From positions 32,390 to 96,389 of IMG/VR virus record IMGVR_UViG_3300000553_000012: a stretch of DNA of 64,000 nucleotides; one strand, 5' to 3'. The stretch comes from a virus. The position numbers were made by a program, and so were the translations under genes. Shown here one piece after another: positions 56,163-64,000 of the stretch (its first letter is position 1; each line of letters starts with the position of its first letter). The notes below the pieces were generated by a model. The model did not search any database. It saw nothing but the letters and a program-made list of their open reading frames with translations, and was not told where the DNA came from.

Positions 56163-56819
56163 ATGATTTTAAGTAGTGATACTTTACTAATTTTGAAGAA
56201 TTTTTCTTCTATTAATTCAAGCATTTTGTTTCGTGAGGGAAACATTATTAGAACTATTTCTCCTCAAAAGACAATTATGGCCAGCGCAAATATTGCCGAA
56301 ACTTTAACAAAGAATTTTGCAATTTATGATCTACCAAGATTTTTAAGTGTTATTTCTTTGTTTGATAATCCCGAACTAATTCTTAATGATAATGATGTAA
56401 CAATTGTATCCGATAAGCGTAAATTAGTATATACATATGCTGATCCTTCTACTTTTGTTACACCACCAGCAAAGGATATTACTTTTCCAATTGCAGACAT
56501 TAGCTTTGAATTAAAAAATGAAGACCTGCAAAAGGTTCAACGAGCAGCTAATGTTCTACAACTTCCTGAAATTTCAGTGTTTGGTGATGGTTCTACTATT
56601 TCTTTAAGAGCATATGATAGTAAAAATCCTACGGCGGATTCATATAGTTCGGATATTGGAGAAACTAATAGTAATTTTAATGCAATTTTTAAAAATGAAA
56701 ATCTTAAGATCATTCCTAATGATTATACTGTAGATATTTCATCTCGAGGTATTTCTCGATTTAGTTCGTCTAATGTAACATATTTTATTGCTACAGAGGC
56801 AACTAGCACCTTTTCTTAA
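56163..56819 (+). CDS. sliding clamp (T4 gp45)
   Basis: LKNFSSINSSI, FAIYDL..FL, ENLK. Confidence 0.93.
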   Translation: MILSSDTLLILKNFSSINSSILFREGNIIRTISPQKTIMASANIAETLTKNFAIYDLPRFLSVISLFDNPELILNDNDVTIVSDKRKLVYTYADPSTFVTPPAKDITFPIADISFELKNEDLQKVQRAANVLQLPEISVFGDGSTISLRAYDSKNPTADSYSSDIGETNSNFNAIFKNENLKIIPNDYTVDISSRGISRFSSSNVTYFIATEATSTFS

Positions 56820-56913
56820 TTTTGAATGCTGCGCCAGCAGAGTTATTGGAGAATAGTGCGGCATCCTTTCTCGCGAATAACATTTAATTTTATTTTATCA
56901 TGAAAGGTGAACT

Positions 56914-57852
56914 ATGCTTGAAGACTATTTGTGGGTCGAAAAATATCGACCAAAAACTATTAATGATTGTATTTTACCAGAAAAATTAAAAGCTACGTTT
57001 CAACAATTCGTAGATCAAAAAAATATTCCAAATTTACTTTTAACTGGTGGTTCTGGAGTTGGTAAAACTACTGTGGCGCGTGCTATGTTGGAAGAACTTG
57101 ATTGTGACTATATTGTAATCAATGGTTCACTTAATGGAAATATTGATACATTGCGTAATGAGATTATGCAATTTGCATCTAGTGTATCATTCAAGGGTGG
57201 TAGAAAATATGTCATTCTAGATGAGGCAGATTATCTCAATATTCAAAGTACTCAGCCCTCTCTTCGTAATTTTATGGAAGAGTTTAGTAGAAATTGCGGT
57301 TTTATTTTAACTTGTAATTTTAAAAATAGAATTATTAAGCCGCTTCATTCCAGATGTTCTGTAGTAGAATTTAAAATTGCAAAAAAAGATAAACCAGAAC
57401 TTGCTGTTCAGTTTATGAAAAGAGTATTAAATATTCTAAACACAGAAAGAATTGTGTATGACAAACAAGTTGTTGTTGAACTCATTAATCAACATTTTCC
57501 GGATTGGAGAAGAATTCTTAATGAATTGCAAAGACATTCTGCTTCGGGTAGCCTCGATTCGAGTATACTTAGTAGTTTTATTAGTGATGGTTATAAAGTA
57601 CTCATTTCATCTTTAAAAGATAGAAATTTTGTCACTGCTCGTAAATGGGTGGCAGAAAATTCAGATATTGATAGTGCTGAGTTATTCAGACACATATATG
57701 ATAATATTTCCGATATTGTTAAGCCAGAATCAATTCCTCAACTAATACTTCATCTTGCAGAATTTCAATATAAAGCCGCTTTTGTTGCTAATCAAGAAAT
57801 CAATTTGGCCGCCTTTATTGCTTCAATCATGAGTGACTGTGAGTTTCGATAA
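56914..57852 (+). CDS. clamp loader large subunit (T4 gp44)
   Basis: LWVEKYRP, GSGVGKTT, DEAD, PLHSRC. Confidence 0.95.
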   Translation: MLEDYLWVEKYRPKTINDCILPEKLKATFQQFVDQKNIPNLLLTGGSGVGKTTVARAMLEELDCDYIVINGSLNGNIDTLRNEIMQFASSVSFKGGRKYVILDEADYLNIQSTQPSLRNFMEEFSRNCGFILTCNFKNRIIKPLHSRCSVVEFKIAKKDKPELAVQFMKRVLNILNTERIVYDKQVVVELINQHFPDWRRILNELQRHSASGSLDSSILSSFISDGYKVLISSLKDRNFVTARKWVAENSDIDSAELFRHIYDNISDIVKPESIPQLILHLAEFQYKAAFVANQEINLAAFIASIMSDCEFR

Positions 57853-58343
57853 TGGATATATTTGATGTTATGAATAAATCTGAAGAGGTGATAGAAGAAT
57901 CAAAAGAAAAAAATATTCCATCTTTTCCATACACAATATTTGATTATATTAATAGTATTAGTAATAATAAAAATATATTCAACAATTCAGATGATCCAGA
58001 ACTTTTAGAAAAAAATTATCAACCCTGGCAAGTTAATCGCGGTTTATCATTTTATACTGATACTATACAATATGTTAATATAATTAACGAAAATTATCAT
58101 ATTGATAAAAAATTGCAATATGACTTTCTAATAAATACTATTAGACCAAAGAAAAGATATTCAAAATGGTTTAAAAAAGAAAAAGTAGGTGATATAGATA
58201 TTGTAAAAACAGCTTTTGGTTATTCTGAAAAAAAAGCTGAAATTGCGTTATCTGTGTTATCCGCCGAGCAATTAAAAGAAATAAAAAGAAGACTGAGTCA
58301 AGGTGGATTAAAAGATGAGATTAACAGTAGATACATTAGTTGA
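57852..58343 (+). CDS. clamp loader small subunit (T4 gp62)
   Basis: VNRGLS, QYDFLIN.IRPKKR.SKW. Confidence 0.9.
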   Translation: MDIFDVMNKSEEVIEESKEKNIPSFPYTIFDYINSISNNKNIFNNSDDPELLEKNYQPWQVNRGLSFYTDTIQYVNIINENYHIDKKLQYDFLINTIRPKKRYSKWFKKEKVGDIDIVKTAFGYSEKKAEIALSVLSAEQLKEIKRRLSQGGLKDEINSRYIS

Positions 58344-58710
58344 AGTTCTTTTAAAAGAACCCGATGATTTCTTAAAAGTAAAAGAAACTCTTACACGTAT
58401 TGGTATTGCATCTCGTAAAGATAAAACTCTTTATCAATCTTGTCATATTTTACACAAACAAAAAAAATATTATATTGTTCACTTTAAAGAATTATTTGCA
58501 TTAGATGGAAAACCCACAGATTTTTCAGATATAGATGAAGCAAGAAGAAATACTATAATAAATTTATTAGTTGAGTGGAATTTAATTAAACTTGTTAATT
58601 TAAAACAAACAAAAGAACCAATTGTATCATTAAGTCAAATAAAAGTTCTTTCATTCAAAGAAAAATCTGAATGGGAACTAATTGCAAAATATAATATTGG
58701 AAAAAAATAA
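58315..58710 (+). CDS. regA: translational repressor
   Basis: DDFLKVKETLTRIG, QSCHILHK, HFKELF.LDG. Confidence 0.96.
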   Translation: MRLTVDTLVEVLLKEPDDFLKVKETLTRIGIASRKDKTLYQSCHILHKQKKYYIVHFKELFALDGKPTDFSDIDEARRNTIINLLVEWNLIKLVNLKQTKEPIVSLSQIKVLSFKEKSEWELIAKYNIGKK

Positions 58711-58725
58711 TTTTTAGGTGTTTAT

Positions 58726-59400
58726 ATGTTAAATTATGATGATAAGTGCCATATTATTGAAAGTAATTTGGATAATAAAAAATATTGGCTTTGGCCAAAA
58801 GAAGACCGCGATCTTTGGGGTCATTGCTCTAATGAATGGCCTATGTTAAAACAGATGTGGGAACAATTCATCGACAAATACGATGTATGCATTCAAGCGG
58901 GTGGTGCATGTGGTATGTATCCTAGACTTCTTGGAGAAAAATTTAAAAAGCTATATACATTTGAACCAGAACCATTAAATTTTACATGTTTGGTTTTTAA
59001 TTGTCAAAATGATAATATTCACAAATATAACGCCGTTTTAGGCGATAAACACACTACAGTTAAATTGGTTAGTAGAGAAGATTATATATACAATCGTGGA
59101 ATGTATCACGTAGGAATCGATGGAACCTACGAAATTCCAATGTTAATGATAGATGATTTTAATTTATCTGATTGTGATTTTATTCAATTGGATATTGAAG
59201 GCTGTGAATTAATGGCGTTAAATGGTGCTAGAAATACTATAGAAAAATTTAAACCTGTAATTTCTTGTGAAAATGGAACAGAAGATATTTTGCGCTTTCT
59301 TCAATCTATAGCACCATATAAACATGTAGCCAGATTACAAACAGGATATGATCATGGAACTAAACTAGGAAGATATGATGATACATATAAGGTGATTTAA
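58726..59400 (+). CDS. FkbM-family SAM methyltransferase
   Basis: IQAGGACG, TFEP, LDIEG.E..AL.GA..TI....P. Confidence 0.82.
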   Translation: MLNYDDKCHIIESNLDNKKYWLWPKEDRDLWGHCSNEWPMLKQMWEQFIDKYDVCIQAGGACGMYPRLLGEKFKKLYTFEPEPLNFTCLVFNCQNDNIHKYNAVLGDKHTTVKLVSREDYIYNRGMYHVGIDGTYEIPMLMIDDFNLSDCDFIQLDIEGCELMALNGARNTIEKFKPVISCENGTEDILRFLQSIAPYKHVARLQTGYDHGTKLGRYDDTYKVI

Positions 59401-59567
59401 TGCCGGAACCGTGGGATCCAGTTTGGGTTCAAGCCTCTCCACCGCCTAAACCAATATGGATTTGTAAACTTTTGGGAAATACTATTAATGTATATTCTAA
59501 TATACCTTGGTGGAGAAGAATATTAATATCTATAATTTTTGGAATAAAATGGGAAACCCCCCATTGA
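59400..59567 (+). CDS. hypothetical protein (55 aa, not in ORF track)
   Basis: start overlaps upstream stop; Trp/Pro-rich. Confidence 0.5.
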   Translation: MPEPWDPVWVQASPPPKPIWICKLLGNTINVYSNIPWWRRILISIIFGIKWETPH

Positions 59568-59629
59568 CAATTTGATATTAATACATAAATAATAACAGTC
59601 ATTGATCGCTTCGGGATGGTGACTGATAA

Positions 59630-59647
59630 CCCTTGCTAAACAGGAGG
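59630..59647 (+). promoter_or_regulatory. ROSE-like RNA thermometer hairpin 1
   Basis: CCUUGCU-AAAC-AGGAGG: UUGCU pairs with SD leaving a bulged G. Confidence 0.6.
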
Positions 59648-59652
59648 ATAAT

Positions 59653-59745
59653 ATGCAAGTTACTTTTCTAGAAGTCATATCCTTGACTTCAGCGCTCATT
59701 TGGTTTTCAATGTTATTTTATACATTAATTCCAAATGAAGATTAA
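59653..59745 (+). CDS. 30-aa single-TM small protein (not in ORF track)
   Basis: MQVTFLEVISLTSALIWFSMLFYTLIPNED, strong AGGAGG SD. Confidence 0.55.
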   Translation: MQVTFLEVISLTSALIWFSMLFYTLIPNED

Positions 59746-59753
59746 AATTCAAT

Positions 59754-59773
59754 CCCTTGCTAATTTTAGGAGG
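59754..59773 (+). promoter_or_regulatory. ROSE-like RNA thermometer hairpin 2 (hsp20)
   Basis: CCCUUGCU-AAUUUU-AGGAGG directly before hsp20 start. Confidence 0.65.
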
Positions 59774-59778
59774 AAAAT

Positions 59779-60210
59779 ATGTTACTATCAAATGTAAATC
59801 CATTTTTTATTGGCTTTGAAGATACTGTGAGGCGTCTTAATTCGATGCAAGAAGCAATGTCTAAGCAAGTTACCGGATATCCCCCATATAACATCTGTAA
59901 AACAAATAATACTGATTATATTATTGAATTTGCGGTTGCGGGATTTTCCGAAAAAGATATTGATATTGAACTTGAAGAAAATGTTCTCAAGATTAAAGGA
60001 AAACTTGAAACTACTGATGATCTTGTTGAAGGCGGTATCAATAAGACATATTTTTATAAAGGAATTGCCGACCGCGCATTTACTCGCCAATTTACTCTTG
60101 CTGATGATGTAGAAGTAAAAGAAGCAAAATTAATTAATGGTATGCTTAAAATTTATTTGGAACATATTATTCCAGAATATAAAAAGCCTAAACGAATAAC
60201 CATCAAATAA
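59779..60210 (+). CDS. small heat-shock protein (Hsp20/IbpA-like)
   Basis: YPPYNI, AVAGF, KGIA.RAF.R.F.L, NGML. Confidence 0.93.
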   Translation: MLLSNVNPFFIGFEDTVRRLNSMQEAMSKQVTGYPPYNICKTNNTDYIIEFAVAGFSEKDIDIELEENVLKIKGKLETTDDLVEGGINKTYFYKGIADRAFTRQFTLADDVEVKEAKLINGMLKIYLEHIIPEYKKPKRITIK

Positions 60211-60217
60211 TGTTACT

Positions 60218-60242
60218 GGGGGAGAGAATATCTCCCCCTTTT
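60218..60242 (+). terminator. intrinsic terminator after hsp20
   Basis: GGGGAGA-GAATA-TCTCCCC-TTTT. Confidence 0.8.
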
Positions 60243-60302
60243 ACTATGTACTATTATTATATATTGTAGTATAATATATTATGTTATTTGCGTGGAGTTT
60301 AT

Positions 60303-62816
60303 ATGAATTTTTATAAAAATATATTTCAACTCGGTAATCACATTTTTGTTCGAGCAATTGAAAATGGAAAAAATGCAAAATATCGAGTAGAATATTCTCC
60401 TTATCTTTTTGTTCCAACAAAAAAAACAACCGCAGAATATAAAACACTTTTTGGAAAAAGTGTAGATAAGCTTAGTTTTAATAATATTAATGAAGCGAAA
60501 GATTTCATAAAATCATATAAAGACGTTTCAGGTATGGAAATTCACGGCCTAGATTCGTTTCTTTATCCATATATCAATGATGTTTGGCCAAGAGAAATAA
60601 ATTACGAACGCGATTTGATTAATATCGGACTCATTGATATTGAAGTTGAATCTGATAGTGGATTTCCTAATATTGAAAAAGCTGATAAAGCCATAACGGC
60701 CATTTCAATAAAAGTAAAAGATAAGATTTTTACTTTAGGTTGCGGAGAATTTATTTCTGATGATCTTACTGTAAAATATATTAAATGTAGAGATGAAAAG
60801 GCTTTACTTGAAAATTTTATTGATACCTGGCGTTTTTTGAATCTAGATGTAATATCTGGATGGAATGTTGAATTTTTTGACATTCCATATCTAGTAAATC
60901 GAATCTATAGAGTTCTTGGAGAAGAAAGAGGTAAAATGTTATCTCCATGGAATATGATCCATGAAGGTAAAGTAAAAGTCAACGGAAAAGATCAACAAAC
61001 ATACAATATTCGTGGAATTTGTATTCTTGATTATCTTCAACTTTATAAAAAGTATACCTATAGCAATCAAGAATCTTATAAGTTAGATCATATTTGTTCT
61101 GTAGAAATTGGTGAAGGAAAAACAGATTATTCTGAATATGATAATCTTTTTGATCTCTATAAGCAAGATTTTCAAAAATTTATTGAATACAATATTAAAG
61201 ACGTAAATCTGGTCGATAAATTAGATAAAAAGCTTAATTTTATCGATCAAGCATTAACTATTGCTTATGACGCCAAAATAACATTTGATGATGTTTTTAG
61301 CCCAGTTAAAACTTGGGAAGTCATTATTCACAACTATCTTATGGAACAAAAGATTGTAGTTCCACCAAAGAAGACTACAGAAAAAAGTATGCAATTTGCC
61401 GGAGCATATGTCAAAGATCCGCTTGTCGGGTTACACGACTGGGTAGTTTCTTTTGATATTAATTCTCTCTATCCATCTCTTATTGTACAATACAATATTT
61501 CTCCTGAAACTTATGCTGGTAAGATTAAATATGATTTTTCTGTGGATCAACTTTTGGGTGGTGCTTTTGGCGAAGATGAAATTCAAGATATTCTAAAAAA
61601 ACAAAATATGGCTATAACCGCCAATAGCTGTCTTTGGAATAAAGAACAGAAGGGCGTAATGCCGGCATTGGTAGAAAAAATGATGGCCGAGCGAAAACTG
61701 TTTAAGAACAAAATGATCGAGGCGCAAAAAGAATATCAGACAAATAAAACCAAACAACTATTCAATGATATAGCCAGATATAATAATATGCAGATGGCCC
61801 GTAAGATCCTTCTTAATAGTCTGTATGGTGCTTTAGGAAATCAGTACTTTCGCTATTTTTCTATTGAATTTGCTGAAGCTATTACTCTTACTGGCCAATT
61901 TGTAATTAGATGGATTGAAAGAAATCTAAATGAATACTTGAATAAGACAATAAAAACGACAAATAATGACTATATTATTGCTGTTGATACAGATTCGAAC
62001 TATTTAAATCTTGGTCCATTAGTTTCTACGCTAATTCAAGATGCATCTAATACAAAAAATACAAATAAAATTGTAGATATCGTTGATAAAATGTGTCAAA
62101 ATCGTATAGAACCCTTTATAGACTCGTGTTTTAATGATTTGGCTCAGCATACTAATGCATATATCAATTTTATGAAGATGAAACGTGAAAGTATAGCAAA
62201 TAAAGGCATTTGGACCGCAAAAAAGCGATATATTTTGAATGTTTATGATAATGAAGGTATAAGATATGCTGAGCCAAAACTCAAAATGATGGGAATTGAG
62301 GCTGTAAAATCATCTACACCCGCAAATTGTCGTGAAAATATCAAAAAAGCACTAAAATTGATCATGGAAACCAATGAAACCGTTCTTCAGAACTTTATTC
62401 AAGACTTTAAATCCAAGTTTATGACGATGAGATTTGAAGATGTAGCTTTTCCAAGAGGATGCCGCGGTCTTTTAGAATATGGAAATAAAACCGATATATA
62501 CAAAAAGGGTACTCCAATTCATGTTAGAGGAGCTTTAATGTATAATCATCTATTAAAGAGCTACAATTTGACTAACAAATATCCATTAATTCAAGAAGGT
62601 GAAAAAGTCAAGTTTTGTTACATGAAAACACCCAATCCCATAAAGGAAAACATCATAGCCACACCAAGTATATTACCGAAAGAATTTAATCTGGATAAAT
62701 ATATAGATTATGAAATGCAATTTACAAAATCTTTTATAGATCCTTTAAACAGCATTTTAGAAGTCATTGGATGGTCTCCAGAAAAACTATCTACATTGGA
62801 GGATTTCTTTGGTTAA
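60303..62816 (+). CDS. family B DNA polymerase (T4 gp43)
   Basis: DIEV exo I, SFDINSLYPS, KILLNSLYG, DTDS, KKRY; no intein or split. Confidence 0.97.
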   Translation: MNFYKNIFQLGNHIFVRAIENGKNAKYRVEYSPYLFVPTKKTTAEYKTLFGKSVDKLSFNNINEAKDFIKSYKDVSGMEIHGLDSFLYPYINDVWPREINYERDLINIGLIDIEVESDSGFPNIEKADKAITAISIKVKDKIFTLGCGEFISDDLTVKYIKCRDEKALLENFIDTWRFLNLDVISGWNVEFFDIPYLVNRIYRVLGEERGKMLSPWNMIHEGKVKVNGKDQQTYNIRGICILDYLQLYKKYTYSNQESYKLDHICSVEIGEGKTDYSEYDNLFDLYKQDFQKFIEYNIKDVNLVDKLDKKLNFIDQALTIAYDAKITFDDVFSPVKTWEVIIHNYLMEQKIVVPPKKTTEKSMQFAGAYVKDPLVGLHDWVVSFDINSLYPSLIVQYNISPETYAGKIKYDFSVDQLLGGAFGEDEIQDILKKQNMAITANSCLWNKEQKGVMPALVEKMMAERKLFKNKMIEAQKEYQTNKTKQLFNDIARYNNMQMARKILLNSLYGALGNQYFRYFSIEFAEAITLTGQFVIRWIERNLNEYLNKTIKTTNNDYIIAVDTDSNYLNLGPLVSTLIQDASNTKNTNKIVDIVDKMCQNRIEPFIDSCFNDLAQHTNAYINFMKMKRESIANKGIWTAKKRYILNVYDNEGIRYAEPKLKMMGIEAVKSSTPANCRENIKKALKLIMETNETVLQNFIQDFKSKFMTMRFEDVAFPRGCRGLLEYGNKTDIYKKGTPIHVRGALMYNHLLKSYNLTNKYPLIQEGEKVKFCYMKTPNPIKENIIATPSILPKEFNLDKYIDYEMQFTKSFIDPLNSILEVIGWSPEKLSTLEDFFG

Positions 62817-63075
62817 TAAAGACATTAAAGAGATAAATGATTTTGACTTTGGATTTACTAGCATTCCTGAAGAAAATTTTATTAAACCAGAAATAATTGA
62901 TGCTACAGAAGAAAAATATAAAAAAATCATTGATCAAATGCTAAAGGCAATTAATCCTTTGCTCAATAATTTGGCTAAAGACGCCGATAAGACAGTTTAT
63001 ATTCATTGGCCAAATAGAAAAGAAAAGATTGATGAATTTAGAAAGAAATTATATACTATTGCTGGTAAAAATTGA
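62767..63075 (+). CDS. hypothetical protein
   Basis: DFDFGFT..PLLNNL..YIHWPNR; start uncertain. Confidence 0.65.
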   Translation: MDGLQKNYLHWRISLVNKDIKEINDFDFGFTSIPEENFIKPEIIDATEEKYKKIIDQMLKAINPLLNNLAKDADKTVYIHWPNRKEKIDEFRKKLYTIAGKN

Positions 63076-63100
63076 CAATAATGTACATATAATGTATAAT
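63072..63100 (+). promoter_or_regulatory. sigma70-like promoter
   Basis: TTGACA-17-TATAAT upstream of uvsX. Confidence 0.75.
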
Positions 63101-63119
63101 GAATGAAAAAGGAATCATA

Positions 63120-64000
63120 ATGAGCATTTTAGAAAAACTAAAAAAAACTTCAACTATCAAAGAAACGTCTATTCTTTCTGACTCAAAGTTTTTTGAAAAG
63201 AAAGATATGATCACAACATCTATTCCAATGCTAAATGTGGCGTTATCAGGAAGATTAGATGGTGGATTGGTTCCGGGCCTTACTTTGATTTGTGGTCCCT
63301 CTAAACATTTCAAGACGTGTTTTAGTCTTATTATGGCCAAAGCCTATATGGATAAGTATCCAGAATCGGCTTTATTGTTTTATGATTCTGAGTTTGGATC
63401 TCCTCAAGCATATTTTAAGACTTTTGGCATTAATCCTGAACGGGTATTGCATACACCGATCACTGATCTAGAACAACTTAAGTTTGATATCACTCGACAA
63501 ATAAATGAACTAGGAAGAAATGATAAAGTCATTATTATTCTAGACTCATTGGGTAATTTGGCTTCTAAGAAAGAAGCAGAAGATGCTCTAGAAGGTAGAG
63601 GCGCCGCTGATATGAGTCGGGCTAAGCAAATTAAAAGCTTGTTTCGTATTGTAACGCCGCATTTGACTATGAAAGATCTTCCATTTATTGCGGTCAATCA
63701 TATCTATATGGAACAGGGGTTATACCCAAAAGCGGTGGTCAGTGGAGGATCGGGCCCATATCTATCGGCTGATACTATCTGGATTCTTGGCCGCCAACAA
63801 GAAAAAGACGGTAAGGACCTTACAGGATATAATTTCATTATTAATATTGAAAAGTCTCGATATGTTCGTGAAAAGTCTAAGATTCCAATCGAAGTATCAT
63901 TTGAAGGCGGAATTTCTACTTGGTCCGGTCTTTTAGATATTGCTCTAGAGTCTAAACATGTCATCAAGCCAAGTGTTGGTTGGTATCAAAAGATTGATCC
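63120..64000 (+). CDS. uvsX: RecA-like recombinase (truncated by window end; absent from ORF track)
   Basis: MSILEKLKK..NVALSG..GPSKHFKT..YDSEFG..DSLGNLAS. Confidence 0.95.
   Translation, partial: MSILEKLKKTSTIKETSILSDSKFFEKKDMITTSIPMLNVALSGRLDGGLVPGLTLICGPSKHFKTCFSLIMAKAYMDKYPESALLFYDSEFGSPQAYFKTFGINPERVLHTPITDLEQLKFDITRQINELGRNDKVIIILDSLGNLASKKEAEDALEGRGAADMSRAKQIKSLFRIVTPHLTMKDLPFIAVNHIYMEQGLYPKAVVSGGSGPYLSADTIWILGRQQEKDGKDLTGYNFIINIEKSRYVREKSKIPIEVSFEGGISTWSGLLDIALESKHVIKPSVGWYQKID

Noticed and set aside
167-63967. Numerous 60-140 aa ORFs antisense to or nested in larger genes (e.g. 2289-2507, 16530-16892, 31605-32024, 46817-47155, 63404-63697)
   Set aside because: Shadow frames of well-supported genes; no SD or recognisable motifs
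1-64000. CRISPR array, retron/RT, integrase or transposase
   Set aside because: No regularly spaced repeat-spacer array or recognisable RT, integrase or transposase motifs seen; the nuclease at 30277-30969 is the usual T4-like exonuclease next to phoH, not evidence of a Cas system
1-64000. Alternative genetic code (stop-codon reassignment)
   Set aside because: Core genes are full length under the standard code and no suppressor tRNA was seen

Overview
AT-rich 64-kb segment of a large T4-like myovirus genome, with no host-chromosome features. Positions 1 to ~45,200 are almost entirely minus-strand. They hold a two-piece (permuted) tmRNA, nrdA/nrdB, thyX, primase, spanins and endolysins, and a block of virion proteins (Asn/Ser/Thr-rich fibres and head-internal proteins, with Dps and SOD). 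They also hold PhoH, SpeD, RNase H, a six-gene heptose-nucleotide/glycosyltransferase cluster next to a GH26 hydrolase, and five tRNAs. From ~45,200 the plus strand carries the T4 core module in order: gp3, uvsY, uvsW, gp55, gp47, gp46, peptide deformylase, two glycosyltransferases with dCMP deaminase, gp45, gp44, gp62, regA, hsp20, gp43 and a truncated uvsX. The permuted tmRNA with an ANDN...AA tag and ROSE-like thermometers point to an alphaproteobacterial host (inference). The strongest candidates for undescribed biology are four. (1) A self-contained phage sedoheptulose-7-P to NDP-heptose to glycosyltransferase pathway, with sequon-dense fibres or DNA as possible acceptors. (2) A family of His-rich proteins with T4-like capsid-targeting N-termini, including enzymes. 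(3) Two unexplained, pseudoknot-rich noncoding RNAs. (4) A tRNA(UAU) with a C1xA72 mismatch. All family calls come from motif recognition by eye; no searches were run.
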